Shown: positions 42,405 through 54,112 of the stretch, piece after piece
How positions within the stretch are numbered: the stretch's first letter is position 1
Layout of the letters: each line of letters opens with the position of its first letter
Source: Actinomycetes bacterium
GTDB taxonomy: Bacteria > Actinomycetota > Thermoleophilia > UBA2241
Reading direction: 5' to 3'
DNA: 64,000 bases
Assembly (NCBI GenBank): GCA_029547745.1
Contig: JAKPOQ010000061.1
Coordinates: 18,399-82,398 of the forward strand
Program-made: the position numbers and the translations under genes
Notes under the pieces: model-generated
Told to the model about the DNA's origin: nothing
Database searches by the model: none
Seen by the model: only the letters and a program-made list of their open reading frames with translations

Positions 42405-43823
42405 CAGCCAGACCCGGCGGCTCCCACCTGCACGCCCTCGCGGACGCGCTCCTGGAGCCGCTCCCGCACGGTCTGCGCGGCGCGACGCACGGCGGCATCG
42501 TCCACAGCGGTGAAGGCCCGGTCGCGATAGAGGATCCGGCCGGCGACCACGGTCAGGAAGACGTCGTCCTGGTTGGCGCCGTAGACGAGCGCGGAGTACG
42601 GGTTCGCGATGGGCTCGAACCGCGAGCGTGAGACGTCGACGGCGATGAAGTCGGCGGCCTTGCCGGGCTCGAGGCTGCCGATCTCCCCGGCGAGGCCGAG
42701 GGCCTCTGCCCCGCCGAGCGTCGCAAGACGTACGCAGCGCTCGGCGTCGAGGACCGACACGTCGCGCTCGGTCGCGCGGTGGAGGAGCAGCATCGTGCGC
42801 ATCTCGTCGAACATGTCCATGATGTTACTCGACGCCGGGCTGTCCGTGCCGAGGCCGACGCGCACCCCCTGGTGGAGGATGTCGGCCAAGGGGGCGACGC
42901 CACAGCCCAGCTTGGCGTTGCTCTTCGGACAGTGGGCGACGGCCGTGTCTTTGGCGCGCAGGATACGGATGTCGTCGAGCGTGGCCTGGGTGCAGTGGAC
43001 GGCGAGGAAGTCGCGATCGAACACGCCCCACTGTTGCAGATACTTGACCGGACTGACTCCATACGGTTGCACGAGCATCCGTTCCCAACCGAGCTTCTCG
43101 CGGAAGTCGTGGGCGAACTTGCCCGAGCCGGCGCGCACATACGTGAGTTCGTGGCGGCTCTCGGCGACGTGGCTCGCGACCGGCAGGCCCTCGGCGCGGC
43201 TCCGCTCGGCGATCGCCTCGTAGAGCCGGCTCGACACCGTGTAGGGTGCGTGCGGCATGAGTCCCACGCCGATATGGTCGGCGTGGATGGAACGCGCCGC
43301 CTCAAGCCGCCGGTCGACCGTCCGCAAGGTCTCGTCGATGCGCGTGTCGTCGATGCCATAGACCTCGAGGTAGACGCGTCCCCGCAGACCCGCCTCGCCG
43401 GCGGCCCTGATGGAGAGGCCGGTGTAGCTCGTGTCGGCGACCGTCGTGATACCTGAGGCCACGCACTCGGCGGCGCCAAGACGCGCGCTGTCAAGGTACT
43501 CGTCGGGCGTGAGCGATGCCTTGACGTCGACAAGCTGGAGGATCCAGTCTCCGAACTCGGCGTCGTCGAGGATGCCGCGGAAGGTCGTGTACTCGAGATG
43601 GCTGTGGCAGTTGACGAACCCCGGCAGGACGATCGCCCGTCCGAGATCGACGACCTCGGCGCCGGGGTGGGCCGCCTCGAGATCGGCCGCCGGGCCGACG
43701 GCGACGATACGGTCGCCCGCGACCAGCAGGCCGCCGTCGGCCAGCACCGGCGCCGACACGGGCAGGACCCAGTCGGCTCGGTACAGGGTTGCGCGATCGT
43801 TCGCGGTTGCGGTCTCGGTCATC
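42365..43823 (-). CDS. Amidohydrolase-superfamily metal-dependent deaminase/hydrolase (cytosine deaminase / MtaD / chlorohydrolase-like)
   Basis: Start MTETATAND. HSH metal-binding (FVNCHSHLEYT), HCT., later HD motifs. 485 aa after trimming the non-coding N-extension. Confidence 0.75.
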
Positions 43824-43979
43824 GGTGGCAGCGCGGGAAGGCAGCGGATGGCCCGCGCGAGCGTCGAGTATAGGGGAGCCCCCGGGGCGGGCGCAAACAC
43901 ACGCGGCGGCCGGCGCCCGGACATCCGTGGCGCCGGCCGCCGCGCTATACTCGCCGGGCACATCGATCGCGAGGTCACG

Positions 43980-44324
43980 ATGACCGCCACGCCCAAGCCC
44001 AGCCTGTCGCCCGAGGTCCTCACCCAGTCGGTATGGGACGCGGTCAAGGACGTCCCGGGCGTCCATGACCTCTACCGCAAGCCCCTGCAGAGCCTCGGCG
44101 AGCGCGTCCACATCGACCGATACGGACCTGTCCGCCTCGAGGAGGACGACGACGGGTACCTCCTGGAGGTCCATCTCGTCGCGACACCGGACACTCACCT
44201 GCCGACGCTCGGCGACGCGGTCGGTCGCGCCAGCCTGACGTACCTCGCGCGCACGACCGGGACGCCGATCGAACGCGTCAGGGTCTGCATCGACGACCTC
44301 GCCCTGGCGCCAGACGACGAGTGA
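43980..44324 (+). CDS. Asp23/Gls24-family (alkaline shock protein-like) small protein
   Basis: 114 aa. Pattern V..HDLYRKPLQSLG..VRLEEDDDGYLLEVHLVAT..RVRVCIDDL is consistent with Asp23. Confidence 0.55.
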   Translation: MTATPKPSLSPEVLTQSVWDAVKDVPGVHDLYRKPLQSLGERVHIDRYGPVRLEEDDDGYLLEVHLVATPDTHLPTLGDAVGRASLTYLARTTGTPIERVRVCIDDLALAPDDE

Positions 44325-44340
44325 CGGCGACCCGCCGCAG

Positions 44341-44940
44341 ATGAGGGCGGTCGACCTCAACGCAGCGACGCGCGACCTCCTCGCCCCTGTCTGCCGCTCC
44401 TGCACGTGGTGGCAGACCGGCGTACGGGTCCGTGAAGGGAGCGACGTCCGCGCCCAGTGGGAGAGCGCCGTCGAGCGCGAGGCCGGGATGTTCGGCCGCG
44501 CCCTCGTCGACGGCGAGCGGGTCGTCGGCTCGATGCAAGCGGCGCCGGCGGCCCTCCTCCCTCGCGCCCGGCGCCTCCCCGCCGGGCCGCCGAGCTCCGA
44601 CGCATGGCTCCTGACCTGCGCCTACCTCCTGGACGAAGAGTCACTCGATCAGTTCGAGCGGCTGCTCCTCGAGCTCGAGGCGGCCCTCAAGCAGCGCCGC
44701 GTCGGCGCCCTCGAGGCCTTCGCCCTGCGACGCGCGCCGGCGGGCGCTCCACGGTGCGGCTATCTTCGCCGCCAGAACCTCTTCCACCCTGAGGCGCTCG
44801 AGCGCGGCGGGTTCCGGGTCGTGTCCGCGAGCGGCGCGGTCGCCCGCTACCGCCTCGACCTCACCGCGGTCGTCGTCGCCGCCCAATACAGCCGGGCCCA
44901 GAAGCGCGTCGAGCGGGGCACGGCGGCACAGCCGGTGTGA
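44341..44940 (+). CDS. Hypothetical protein
   Basis: 199-aa ORF with GC3 bias. No family recognised. Confidence 0.35.
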   Translation: MRAVDLNAATRDLLAPVCRSCTWWQTGVRVREGSDVRAQWESAVEREAGMFGRALVDGERVVGSMQAAPAALLPRARRLPAGPPSSDAWLLTCAYLLDEESLDQFERLLLELEAALKQRRVGALEAFALRRAPAGAPRCGYLRRQNLFHPEALERGGFRVVSASGAVARYRLDLTAVVVAAQYSRAQKRVERGTAAQPV

Positions 44941-44952
44941 GCGTCCGCGACG

Positions 44953-46239
44953 TCAGCCGAACAGACGCGGCAGCCGATGCTTCCAGTCTTCGGGCAGGAT
45001 GGCGTCGAGGGCGTCGTCGAGGGTCACGATGCCCAGCAGACGCTGCTCGTCGTCGACCACGGGGACGGCAAGGAGGTTGTACTTGGTCATGAGCCGCCCC
45101 ACCTCTTCCTCGTCGGTGTCTGCGCTCACGGTGACGAGATCGTCCTCCATGATCTCGTCCACGCGCTGCTCCGGGTCCGCGAGCACGAGCTCGCGCAGGC
45201 TCAGGGCGCCGGCGAGACGCCCTTCCCCGTCGAGCACGTAGACGTACGACATCGCGTGCTGGTCGGGACGCTCGCGTCGCAGACGGCCGATCGCGTCGCC
45301 GGCCGTCGTCCCGGCCTCGACGGCGACGAACTCGAGGGTCATGAGCCCGCCGGCGGTGTCCTCGGCGTGACGGGTGAGGCCGCGCAGGTCGCGCTCCCGC
45401 TCGTCGCTCTGGAGAGCGAGCAGTTCCTCGGCGAGGTCGTCGGGCAGGTCGGCAAGGAGGTCGGCGGCCACGTCGGCGTCGAGCTTCTCGAGGATCTTCG
45501 CGGCGCGCGCCACCGGCATCTCGGCGAGCGCCGCGACCCGGGCGTCCTCATCCATCTCCTGAAGGGTGTCCGCGGCCAGAGACGCGTCAAGGGCGCCGAG
45601 GACGGCGGCGCGTTCACGCGGCCCGACCTGGCCGACGACGTCGGCGATGTCGGCCGGGTGCAGCTTCGCCAGCTCTGCGAAAGCTTCGACGAAGTTGAGC
45701 CGCGAGAGACGTAGCGAGATGGCGTTGACATCGTGCCACGGGACGAAGTCGCCGTTGCGCCGCGGCAGCCGCCGGGCGAGAAAGCCCAGCCCGAAACGGC
45801 GGGCGAGCGCCGCCCTGCTCGCGTCGACGCCGGCCACGACCAGGTCGCCGTCGCGCGCCTCAAGGATGACGTCCTGCACGCGCACGAACGAGCGGTCGCG
45901 CATGTCGACCACCTGTTTGTCGAGGACGGCGTCGACGAGCGCGATCTCACCGGCGCGCAGCGAGGCCGCCCCGAGCGCGCAGGCTGGGCAGTTCAGCAGC
46001 AGTCGCTGCCCGTCGACGTCGATCTCCGCGACCTGGCCCCACGAGGCGGCGAGCTGCTCGTCCCCACGGGCGATGAAGAAGGCGCGGATGACGGGCGCCT
46101 CGGACGAGAACTCGGCGACGACGTCGATCAGCTCGCCGACCTCTTCGCCGGCGCTGTCGACCACCTTCAGGGACTCGAGTTCGGACAGGGCGAGCGAGCC
46201 TGACTCCGGCTCCACGGGACGGCTCACATCCTTTCGCAT
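44953..46239 (-). CDS. CBS-pair protein with PRC-barrel-like and MgtE-N-like domains (no MgtE membrane domain)
   Basis: C-terminal CBS pair (DDLVTVSADTDEEEVGRLMTKYNLLAVPVVDDEQRLLGIVTLDD), acidic helical MgtE_N-like middle region. The start was moved to MRKDV because the upstream extension overlaps a permease relic on the other strand. Confidence 0.6.
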   Translation of the reverse strand: MRKDVSRPVEPESGSLALSELESLKVVDSAGEEVGELIDVVAEFSSEAPVIRAFFIARGDEQLAASWGQVAEIDVDGQRLLLNCPACALGAASLRAGEIALVDAVLDKQVVDMRDRSFVRVQDVILEARDGDLVVAGVDASRAALARRFGLGFLARRLPRRNGDFVPWHDVNAISLRLSRLNFVEAFAELAKLHPADIADVVGQVGPRERAAVLGALDASLAADTLQEMDEDARVAALAEMPVARAAKILEKLDADVAADLLADLPDDLAEELLALQSDERERDLRGLTRHAEDTAGGLMTLEFVAVEAGTTAGDAIGRLRRERPDQHAMSYVYVLDGEGRLAGALSLRELVLADPEQRVDEIMEDDLVTVSADTDEEEVGRLMTKYNLLAVPVVDDEQRLLGIVTLDDALDAILPEDWKHRLPRLFG

Positions 46240-46285
46240 GCGCGCGCCGCGAACATACCGGGGCCGCGCGACACTGTCAAACAGC

Positions 46286-46570
46286 GCCGGCGGGATACTG
46301 CTCGCGAGGTTCTTCTCACCCGTCGCCGGCGTCGTGCCCGCGCAAGCCAGCTCGGCCGCGCTCCTCGTCGACGGGACATCCATGACGGCGACGTTGACCA
46401 TAGCCGAAGCGGAAGCCGGGCTGTCGACAACAAGCTCAAGGCGGGCATCTCATTCGGCAAGCTCGAGTCCGGCCTCCTGGCGGTCCTCGTCATGACGTTC
46501 ATGCCGCTGACGTACGGCATCACCGACGAGATGGGGTTCGACCTCATCGCCCACACGCTGATCGGCGTCG
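46286..46570 (+). pseudogene. Relic of an NCS2/AzgA-family purine permease (C-terminal ~95 codons only, internal frameshift, no proper stop)
   Basis: Frame 2 reads AGGILLARFFSPVAGVVPAQASSAALLVDGTSM, matching the ..FFSPL.G.IPs.ATAPALIiVG.LM.. region of AzgA/PbuG. The frame shifts near 46390-46400. Frame 1 then reads GKLESGLLAVLVMTFMPLTYGITDEMGFDLIAHTLIGVVRGK, matching the ..A.PAFLTI..MPLTYSIA.GI.FGFI.Y.. C-terminus. The N-terminal ~330 codons are absent and the reading frame then runs on antisense through terC. Confidence 0.4.
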
Positions 46571-46692
46571 TGCGGGGCAAGGCACGCCACGTGAACCGGT
46601 TGCTCCGGGTCGCGGACGATCGCCTTCCTGGCCTGCTTCACGTGGCCTTACCTGGCGGCCAAGGGCTGGGGCTGAGGGCCACTTGGCCTAAG

Positions 46693-47469
46693 TCAGCCGT
46701 GCGCCTTGCTGTCGTCTACATCGAGAGCTGCGGCCTCGTGTCCGTCTGGTCGCAGAGCCCACATGCTGCCGAGGACCAGGATGAGGATCGTCACGCCCCA
46801 GAACGCGATCTTCGGCAGTTCGAGCGCCAGTTCCGGACGAGACGCCCACTCGGTGAACGCCGTCCAGCCTTCGACGACCAGTTTGATGCCCGCCCAGCCG
46901 ACGAGCACGTAGGCGACGTGCTCGAAGCGAGGATGACGCTCCATGACGCCGACGAACCAGCCGGCCGCCAGACGCAGCATGAAGATGCCGATGAACACCC
47001 CGGTGTAGATGACCCAGAGGTTCTTGGTCATGGCGACGGCCACGAGAGCGGAGTCGACGGCGAAAGCCAGGTCCATGAACTCCACGGTCGCCACCGTCCG
47101 CCAGAACCTGGCCTTGCTGACGGTGAGCTCGGCCGGCGACGTCTCGCCCTCGAGACCGGCCGTGTGAGCCGTCGCCTCCGTCTCGGTCTCGCGGCGGGTG
47201 GCGACGACAAGGTGTCTCCCAGCGAGGAAGAGGAGGTAGCCGGCGCCGGCGAGCTGCGCCCACCACAACTGGGTGAGGTACGCGACCGCGGCGATCATGA
47301 GACCGCGCAGCACGTAGCCGCCGACGAGGCCGTAGAGCAGCGCCCGCTGCCGCCAGCGACCAGGCAGCGGCCGCACGAGGACGGCGAGGACCATGGCGTT
47401 GTCGGCGGAGAGAAGGCCTTCGAGCAGGATGAGCGAAACGATGATGAGCAGGGCTTCGGGAACGGTCAT
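46693..47469 (-). CDS. TerC-family integral membrane protein
   Basis: LLEGLLSADNAMVLAVL.. and a second FAVDSALVAV repeat. Length 258 aa. Confidence 0.8.
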   Translation of the reverse strand: MTVPEALLIIVSLILLEGLLSADNAMVLAVLVRPLPGRWRQRALLYGLVGGYVLRGLMIAAVAYLTQLWWAQLAGAGYLLFLAGRHLVVATRRETETEATAHTAGLEGETSPAELTVSKARFWRTVATVEFMDLAFAVDSALVAVAMTKNLWVIYTGVFIGIFMLRLAAGWFVGVMERHPRFEHVAYVLVGWAGIKLVVEGWTAFTEWASRPELALELPKIAFWGVTILILVLGSMWALRPDGHEAAALDVDDSKAHG

Positions 47470-47570
47470 GATCGTCTCATTCTCTCAGCCCGGCAGCGCT
47501 CAGCAACCCGAGGCGGGATGACGACCGGGAGAGGGGGGCGGCGGGCTGCGGATGCCGCCCGCCGCCCCCC

Positions 47571-49430
<1,860 letters not shown>

Positions 49431-49497
49431 CTTCGCTACTCCTTGTCATCGCTGCTCTTGTCACGTACCACACGACGCGCCGACTCCCTCCGCCCGC

Positions 49498-50937
49498 TCA
49501 CGGCCGCCGACCCGCGGCCAGGGCGGCGCGCATGACCTTGGCGGCCAACGGCGCGGCCTCGGCGCCGCCGGTCGCCAGGGTGTCCTCGACGACGACCGCG
49601 ACCGCCACCTCGGGATCGGAGGCCGGCGCGAAGCCGATGAACCACGCGAGGTTGGTGCTGTCGCCGCGCTCGGCCGTCCCGGTCTTGCCGGCCACCTCGA
49701 CCCCCTCGATGGCCGCCCCCGTCCCCGTGCCCGAGGTCACGACGCGGCGCATCATCTCGTTGAGCGTCAACGCCGTCTGCGGATCCATGGCAGTCGACCA
49801 TCGCGACGGCTTCGCCTCGTCGACCACCCTGCCGTCGCGCGTGCGGACCTCCTCGACGACGTACGGGACCATTATCTCGCCGCCGTTCGCCACCGCCGCG
49901 GCGACGAGCGCCATCTGGAGCGGCGTGGCCAGGACCCGCTCCTGGCCGCAGGCGGCCCACGCGACGGCGAGAGGGTCCATCTTCGCCTCCGGCGAGAGGA
50001 GCTCCTCGCCGTCGTAGCGGCCGCTGGCCACGACCGACCCCGGAGGCAGGTCGAGAGGAGGCACCTTCCAGAAGCCGAAAGCGCGCATCTTCCTGACCAA
50101 CCGCCCCCGCCCGAGCTTGTCGCCCACCTTGGCGAACGTCGTGTTGATCGACTGCGTGAGCGCGGTCTCGAAGTCGTGTGGGCCGTAGACCGCGTCGCCG
50201 TAGTTGGTGACCTTGCCGCCGTAGATGACGAAGGTACCGGTGTCGACGAACTGCGCCTCGGGCGTCACCACACCCTCCTCGAGAGCGGCCGCGGCGGTGA
50301 CCACCTTGAAGGACGACCCCGGCGCGTAGAGCCCCTGCGTGACGCGGTTCAGCAGCGGCGCGTCCTCGGCGACGGTGAGCTCGGCCCACTCGTCCTCAAG
50401 ACCGCGCTGGTCGTAGGTCGGTGACGAGGCGTCGGCGAGCAGGGCCCCCGTCGCCGGGTCGAGCGCCACGATGGCGCCGCGCTTGCCGATGAGCGCCTGC
50501 TGGGCGACACGCTGCACCTCGGCCGAGAGGGTCGTGACGACGTCGGCGCCCGTGGGGCGGCGTCCGAGGAGCTGGTCGAGCCAGCTCCGGACGCCGAGCT
50601 CGGGCGCCCTCCCCAGCAGGACCTCGTTCATCTGCTTCTCGAGGCCGCTGCGGCCGTAGCGCACGGAGTCGTAGCCGACGAGCTGCGGCGCCAGGCTGCC
50701 CTCGGGGTACGTGCGATGGTAGAACCCGGAGCGACGCACCGACTTGGCGAGGACGACGCCGTCATAGCTGAGGATGGCGCCCCGCCTGATGCGCAGCTCC
50801 TTCGCGAGCTGGCGCTTGTTCTCCGGCCGCGCGGCGAGCCGGTCGGCGGCGACGACCTGCAGGTACGTCAGGTTGACGATAAGGGCGAGGAACAGGACCA
50901 CGCCGACGACGAACACCCGTGTGATGGCCTTGTTCAT
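49498..50937 (-). CDS. pbpA: Class B penicillin-binding protein (PbpA-like transpeptidase)
   Basis: SxxK (SSFK), SxN, KTG(T) motifs (VAGKTGTAE). N-terminal TM helix. Confidence 0.85.
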   Translation of the reverse strand: MNKAITRVFVVGVVLFLALIVNLTYLQVVAADRLAARPENKRQLAKELRIRRGAILSYDGVVLAKSVRRSGFYHRTYPEGSLAPQLVGYDSVRYGRSGLEKQMNEVLLGRAPELGVRSWLDQLLGRRPTGADVVTTLSAEVQRVAQQALIGKRGAIVALDPATGALLADASSPTYDQRGLEDEWAELTVAEDAPLLNRVTQGLYAPGSSFKVVTAAAALEEGVVTPEAQFVDTGTFVIYGGKVTNYGDAVYGPHDFETALTQSINTTFAKVGDKLGRGRLVRKMRAFGFWKVPPLDLPPGSVVASGRYDGEELLSPEAKMDPLAVAWAACGQERVLATPLQMALVAAAVANGGEIMVPYVVEEVRTRDGRVVDEAKPSRWSTAMDPQTALTLNEMMRRVVTSGTGTGAAIEGVEVAGKTGTAERGDSTNLAWFIGFAPASDPEVAVAVVVEDTLATGGAEAAPLAAKVMRAALAAGRRP

Positions 50938-51000
50938 GATGTCACGCGCCTCATCGTGTGCGTCGCGCGCCTCATCGTGTGCGTCTCGCGCATGCCCGCT

Positions 51001-52323
51001 TCACCCCAGTTCCGCCAGACGGCGGCGCTCGACCTCGGTCCCGGCGCGCACGACATTGGTGCGATGCGAGACCATGAGAAGGAGGGCGAGCAGGATCAGG
51101 TTCGCGGTGATCGAGCTGCCGCCGTAGCTTACGAACGGCAGCGTCAGCCCGGTGAGCGGGATGAGCCGCGTCACCCCTCCGAGGATGATGAACGTCTGCA
51201 GGCCGAACGCCGCCGCAAGCCCGCCGGCGAGCAGCTTGGAGAACCCGTCCGGCGCCTGGGTGGCGATGCGCATGCCGCGCCAGAAGAAGAGCAGGAAGCA
51301 GAGGACCACGGCGACGCCGCCGAGCAGCCCTATCTCGTTGGCGATGGCAGCGAAGATGAAGTCGGTCTGCAGGTCAGGCACGACCGGCTGGCGGTCCGCA
51401 TAGAGGAGGAAGCCACGACCAAAGCCGGCGCCGAGCAGGCCGCCGTCGGCGATCGTGAACAGCGATTGCAGAAGCTGGTACCCGGTCGTGTCGGCCTTCG
51501 CCCAAGGGTCCAGCCAGATGCTGAAACGGTCGCCGACGTGCGGTACGAGCCAGACGGCGAGCGCGGCGGCCGCGGCGAAGAGACCACCCCCGGCCGCGAC
51601 GTAGACGATCCGGTCGGTCGCCATGTAGAGGAGGGCGACGAACACGGCCATGAAGAGCAGCGACATGCCGAAGTCCTTCATGAAGACCAGCATGACCAGC
51701 GCCAGTCCTCCCATGAGGACGAGGGGCCCGAAGTACTTGGCCGCAGGCACAGGGACGCCGAGCACGTGCCGGGTGGGCACCGAGAGCAGCACCTTCTTGT
51801 CGTCGAGGTAGCCGGCGAGAAAGACGACGATGGCGATCTTGGCGAACTCGGACGGCTGGATCGACATGCCGAAGGCGCGGATCCACAGCTTCGCGCCGTT
51901 GACGGTGGTGCCGGCGACGATGGGGAAGACGAGCAGCGCGAGCCCGAGGACGCCGATCAGGTAGCGGTAGCGGTCGAGCCGCACGTGGTCGCGGACGATG
52001 ACGACCGTGAGGGCGAACAGCAGCGCGCCGACGATCAGCCACTGTCCCTGCAGAAGGGCGAGCGACGGCTTGATGCGGAAGATCTCGGTGAGGCCGATCG
52101 CGGCGAGCAGCGCGGTGACCGGCAACAGGTACGGGTCGGCCTGCGGAAGGTAGATGCGCACCACGACGTGCAGGACGAGGAAGATGACGACGAACACCAG
52201 GCCGTACAGGATCGACCGCCGGTCGATCTCGTGGAAGCGGCCGGCGTAGACCGAGACGTAGGCCATCGTGCTCACCGCCCCGGCGAGCACGAGGTAGAGG
52301 AGCTCGGTGGTGCGCCGGCTCAC
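51001..52323 (-). CDS. rodA: SEDS-family peptidoglycan polymerase RodA/FtsW
   Basis: 10-TM SEDS protein. Overlaps pstP by 4 nt. Confidence 0.85.
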   Translation of the reverse strand: MSRRTTELLYLVLAGAVSTMAYVSVYAGRFHEIDRRSILYGLVFVVIFLVLHVVVRIYLPQADPYLLPVTALLAAIGLTEIFRIKPSLALLQGQWLIVGALLFALTVVIVRDHVRLDRYRYLIGVLGLALLVFPIVAGTTVNGAKLWIRAFGMSIQPSEFAKIAIVVFLAGYLDDKKVLLSVPTRHVLGVPVPAAKYFGPLVLMGGLALVMLVFMKDFGMSLLFMAVFVALLYMATDRIVYVAAGGGLFAAAAALAVWLVPHVGDRFSIWLDPWAKADTTGYQLLQSLFTIADGGLLGAGFGRGFLLYADRQPVVPDLQTDFIFAAIANEIGLLGGVAVVLCFLLFFWRGMRIATQAPDGFSKLLAGGLAAAFGLQTFIILGGVTRLIPLTGLTLPFVSYGGSSITANLILLALLLMVSHRTNVVRAGTEVERRRLAELG

Positions 52324-53462
52324 GGGACCATCCCCAGTTCCTCGGCGAGGCGGAGAGCCTCGTCCTTGCTGTGGATCTCATGCGCATCGACGAGCGCCCG
52401 TTCGGACTCATCGAGAAGGACGTACGGTCGGGTGCTGCGTAAGTAGATGCTGTGCAGCTCGAGCGGGCCGATCGACCAGGGAAGCCCGCTGTACACGGCA
52501 AGCGTCCCGTCGTCGACGCCGACGAAGTAGCAGGTGTTGACGACGACCACGCCCGCCAGGCCGAGCAGGGCGACGAGAGCGAGCACGACGACGAGCGTGA
52601 TCAGGCGACGGCGCGCGGCGCGCGGCGCGGGCGTCTTCGAGGGGGCCGCGGCTACGGGGGCCGCCGGTGCGGCGGCCCCCGTAGCCGCGGCCCCCTCACC
52701 GCCGCGCACGTCCGCGCCGCGCACGTCCGCGGCGCCCGAGTCGGCGCTCGCGTCGGTCTCACCACCCTCTTCGATCCTGATCACCACCACGGTCACGTTG
52801 TCGTGGCCGCCGGCCGCGCGGGCGGCGTCGACCAGGGCACGTGCAGCCTCGGCCGGCGTCGCCGCGCCGAGCATCTCGCGGATCTCGTCGTCACTGACCT
52901 CGCTCGTCAGTCCGTCACTGCAGAGAAGCAGCACGTCCCCGGAACGCAGATCGACGGAGAACCGGTCGATCTCGACCTCGGCCTCCGTCCCCAACGCCCT
53001 GCTCAGGACGCTGCGATGCGGGTGTGCGGCGGCCTCCTCCGGGGTCAGGCGCCCTTCGCGCACCATCTCGCCGACCAACGAGTGGTCGGCGCTGAGCTGC
53101 TCGAGAACGCCGTCGCGCAGCCGGTACGCGCGGCTGTCGCCGACGTGGGCGAAGTGGCCCTGGTCCTCGTCGACGACGAGGGCGGTGAGCGTCGTCCCCA
53201 TGCCCGACTCCTCGCGCCGTTCACTCGCCCGGGCGTAGACGGCGGCGTTGGCGGCCCGCGCCGCGGCGACGATGCCCTCGCCGGCGGCGAAGCGCGCCGC
53301 GAGCGTCTCGACCGCCAATCCGGCGGCGACCTCGCCGGCCTCGGCGCCGCCCATGCCGTCGCAGACGGCGAACAGGGGCGGCGCGACGATGAACCGGTCC
53401 TCGTTCGACCTCCGATGGAGGCCGATGTCGGTGAGGGCGGCGTGCCTGGCGACCAGGGTCAC
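52320..53462 (-). CDS. pstP: PP2C-family Ser/Thr phosphatase (PstP-like) with a C-terminal TM helix
   Basis: FAVCDGMGG, DGxxxE.., DNVTVVV motifs. The C-terminal hydrophobic helix is preceded by a low-complexity linker. Confidence 0.85.
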   Translation of the reverse strand: MTLVARHAALTDIGLHRRSNEDRFIVAPPLFAVCDGMGGAEAGEVAAGLAVETLAARFAAGEGIVAAARAANAAVYARASERREESGMGTTLTALVVDEDQGHFAHVGDSRAYRLRDGVLEQLSADHSLVGEMVREGRLTPEEAAAHPHRSVLSRALGTEAEVEIDRFSVDLRSGDVLLLCSDGLTSEVSDDEIREMLGAATPAEAARALVDAARAAGGHDNVTVVVIRIEEGGETDASADSGAADVRGADVRGGEGAAATGAAAPAAPVAAAPSKTPAPRAARRRLITLVVVLALVALLGLAGVVVVNTCYFVGVDDGTLAVYSGLPWSIGPLELHSIYLRSTRPYVLLDESERALVDAHEIHSKDEALRLAEELGMVP

Positions 53463-53469
53463 CGCCGAC

Positions 53470-54003
53470 TCACTCCTCGTACCGAAAGACGGTGTCGCCG
53501 ATGCGCAAGCGCGCGTCGAGCCTGAGGGGAGCCTCGGTCACGGCCCTGTCGTTGACGAACGTCCCGTTCGTGCTGCCGAGGTCCTCGACGACGTAGACCT
53601 GGTCGCGGGGGACAAGGCGCGCATGGGTGCTCGAGACGAACGGCTCGTCGAGCACGATGTCGCTCGTCGGGGCGCGACCGATGGTGACCCACCCCTCGAG
53701 GGGGAAGATCACGCCCGCCGGGACGATCGGGCTCTGTTCGACGATGAGCCGCGGGCTGATGTGTCGGGTGAGGTCCATCACCTGGCCGGACTCGGTCCGT
53801 TCCGCGATGCGCTGCTCGCGTCGCCGGCGCCGCTCTTCGGGCGTCGGCACGACCACCGGCGGGGAGCCGTCGGGCAGGGCGACGTCCGGCGCCGCCCCGG
53901 AACCGCGCACATCGGCGACCGCCCCCCTCACGACCTGCCAGATGAACAGGTAGAGGAGGACGAGGATGGCGATCTTCAGGACGAGCAGCACGATGTCGAT
54001 CAT
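53470..54003 (-). CDS. fhaB: FHA-domain protein FhaB (FipA-like), N-terminal TM helix
   Basis: N-terminal membrane helix; C-terminal FHA (..GR...DI.L.D..VSS.HARL.....V.DLGSTNGT.VN). Confidence 0.8.
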   Translation of the reverse strand: MIDIVLLVLKIAILVLLYLFIWQVVRGAVADVRGSGAAPDVALPDGSPPVVVPTPEERRRRREQRIAERTESGQVMDLTRHISPRLIVEQSPIVPAGVIFPLEGWVTIGRAPTSDIVLDEPFVSSTHARLVPRDQVYVVEDLGSTNGTFVNDRAVTEAPLRLDARLRIGDTVFRYEE

Positions 54004-54112
54004 GGGCCTCTCCCGCGGCGCGAGGGCGCCGGTCCCGTCTACGCGGCTCGCAGCGCGGGGGCGGACGGCATCGACCTCCCGCCGGCGCGAGCCGGCATGA
54101 CGAGGACGTCCC

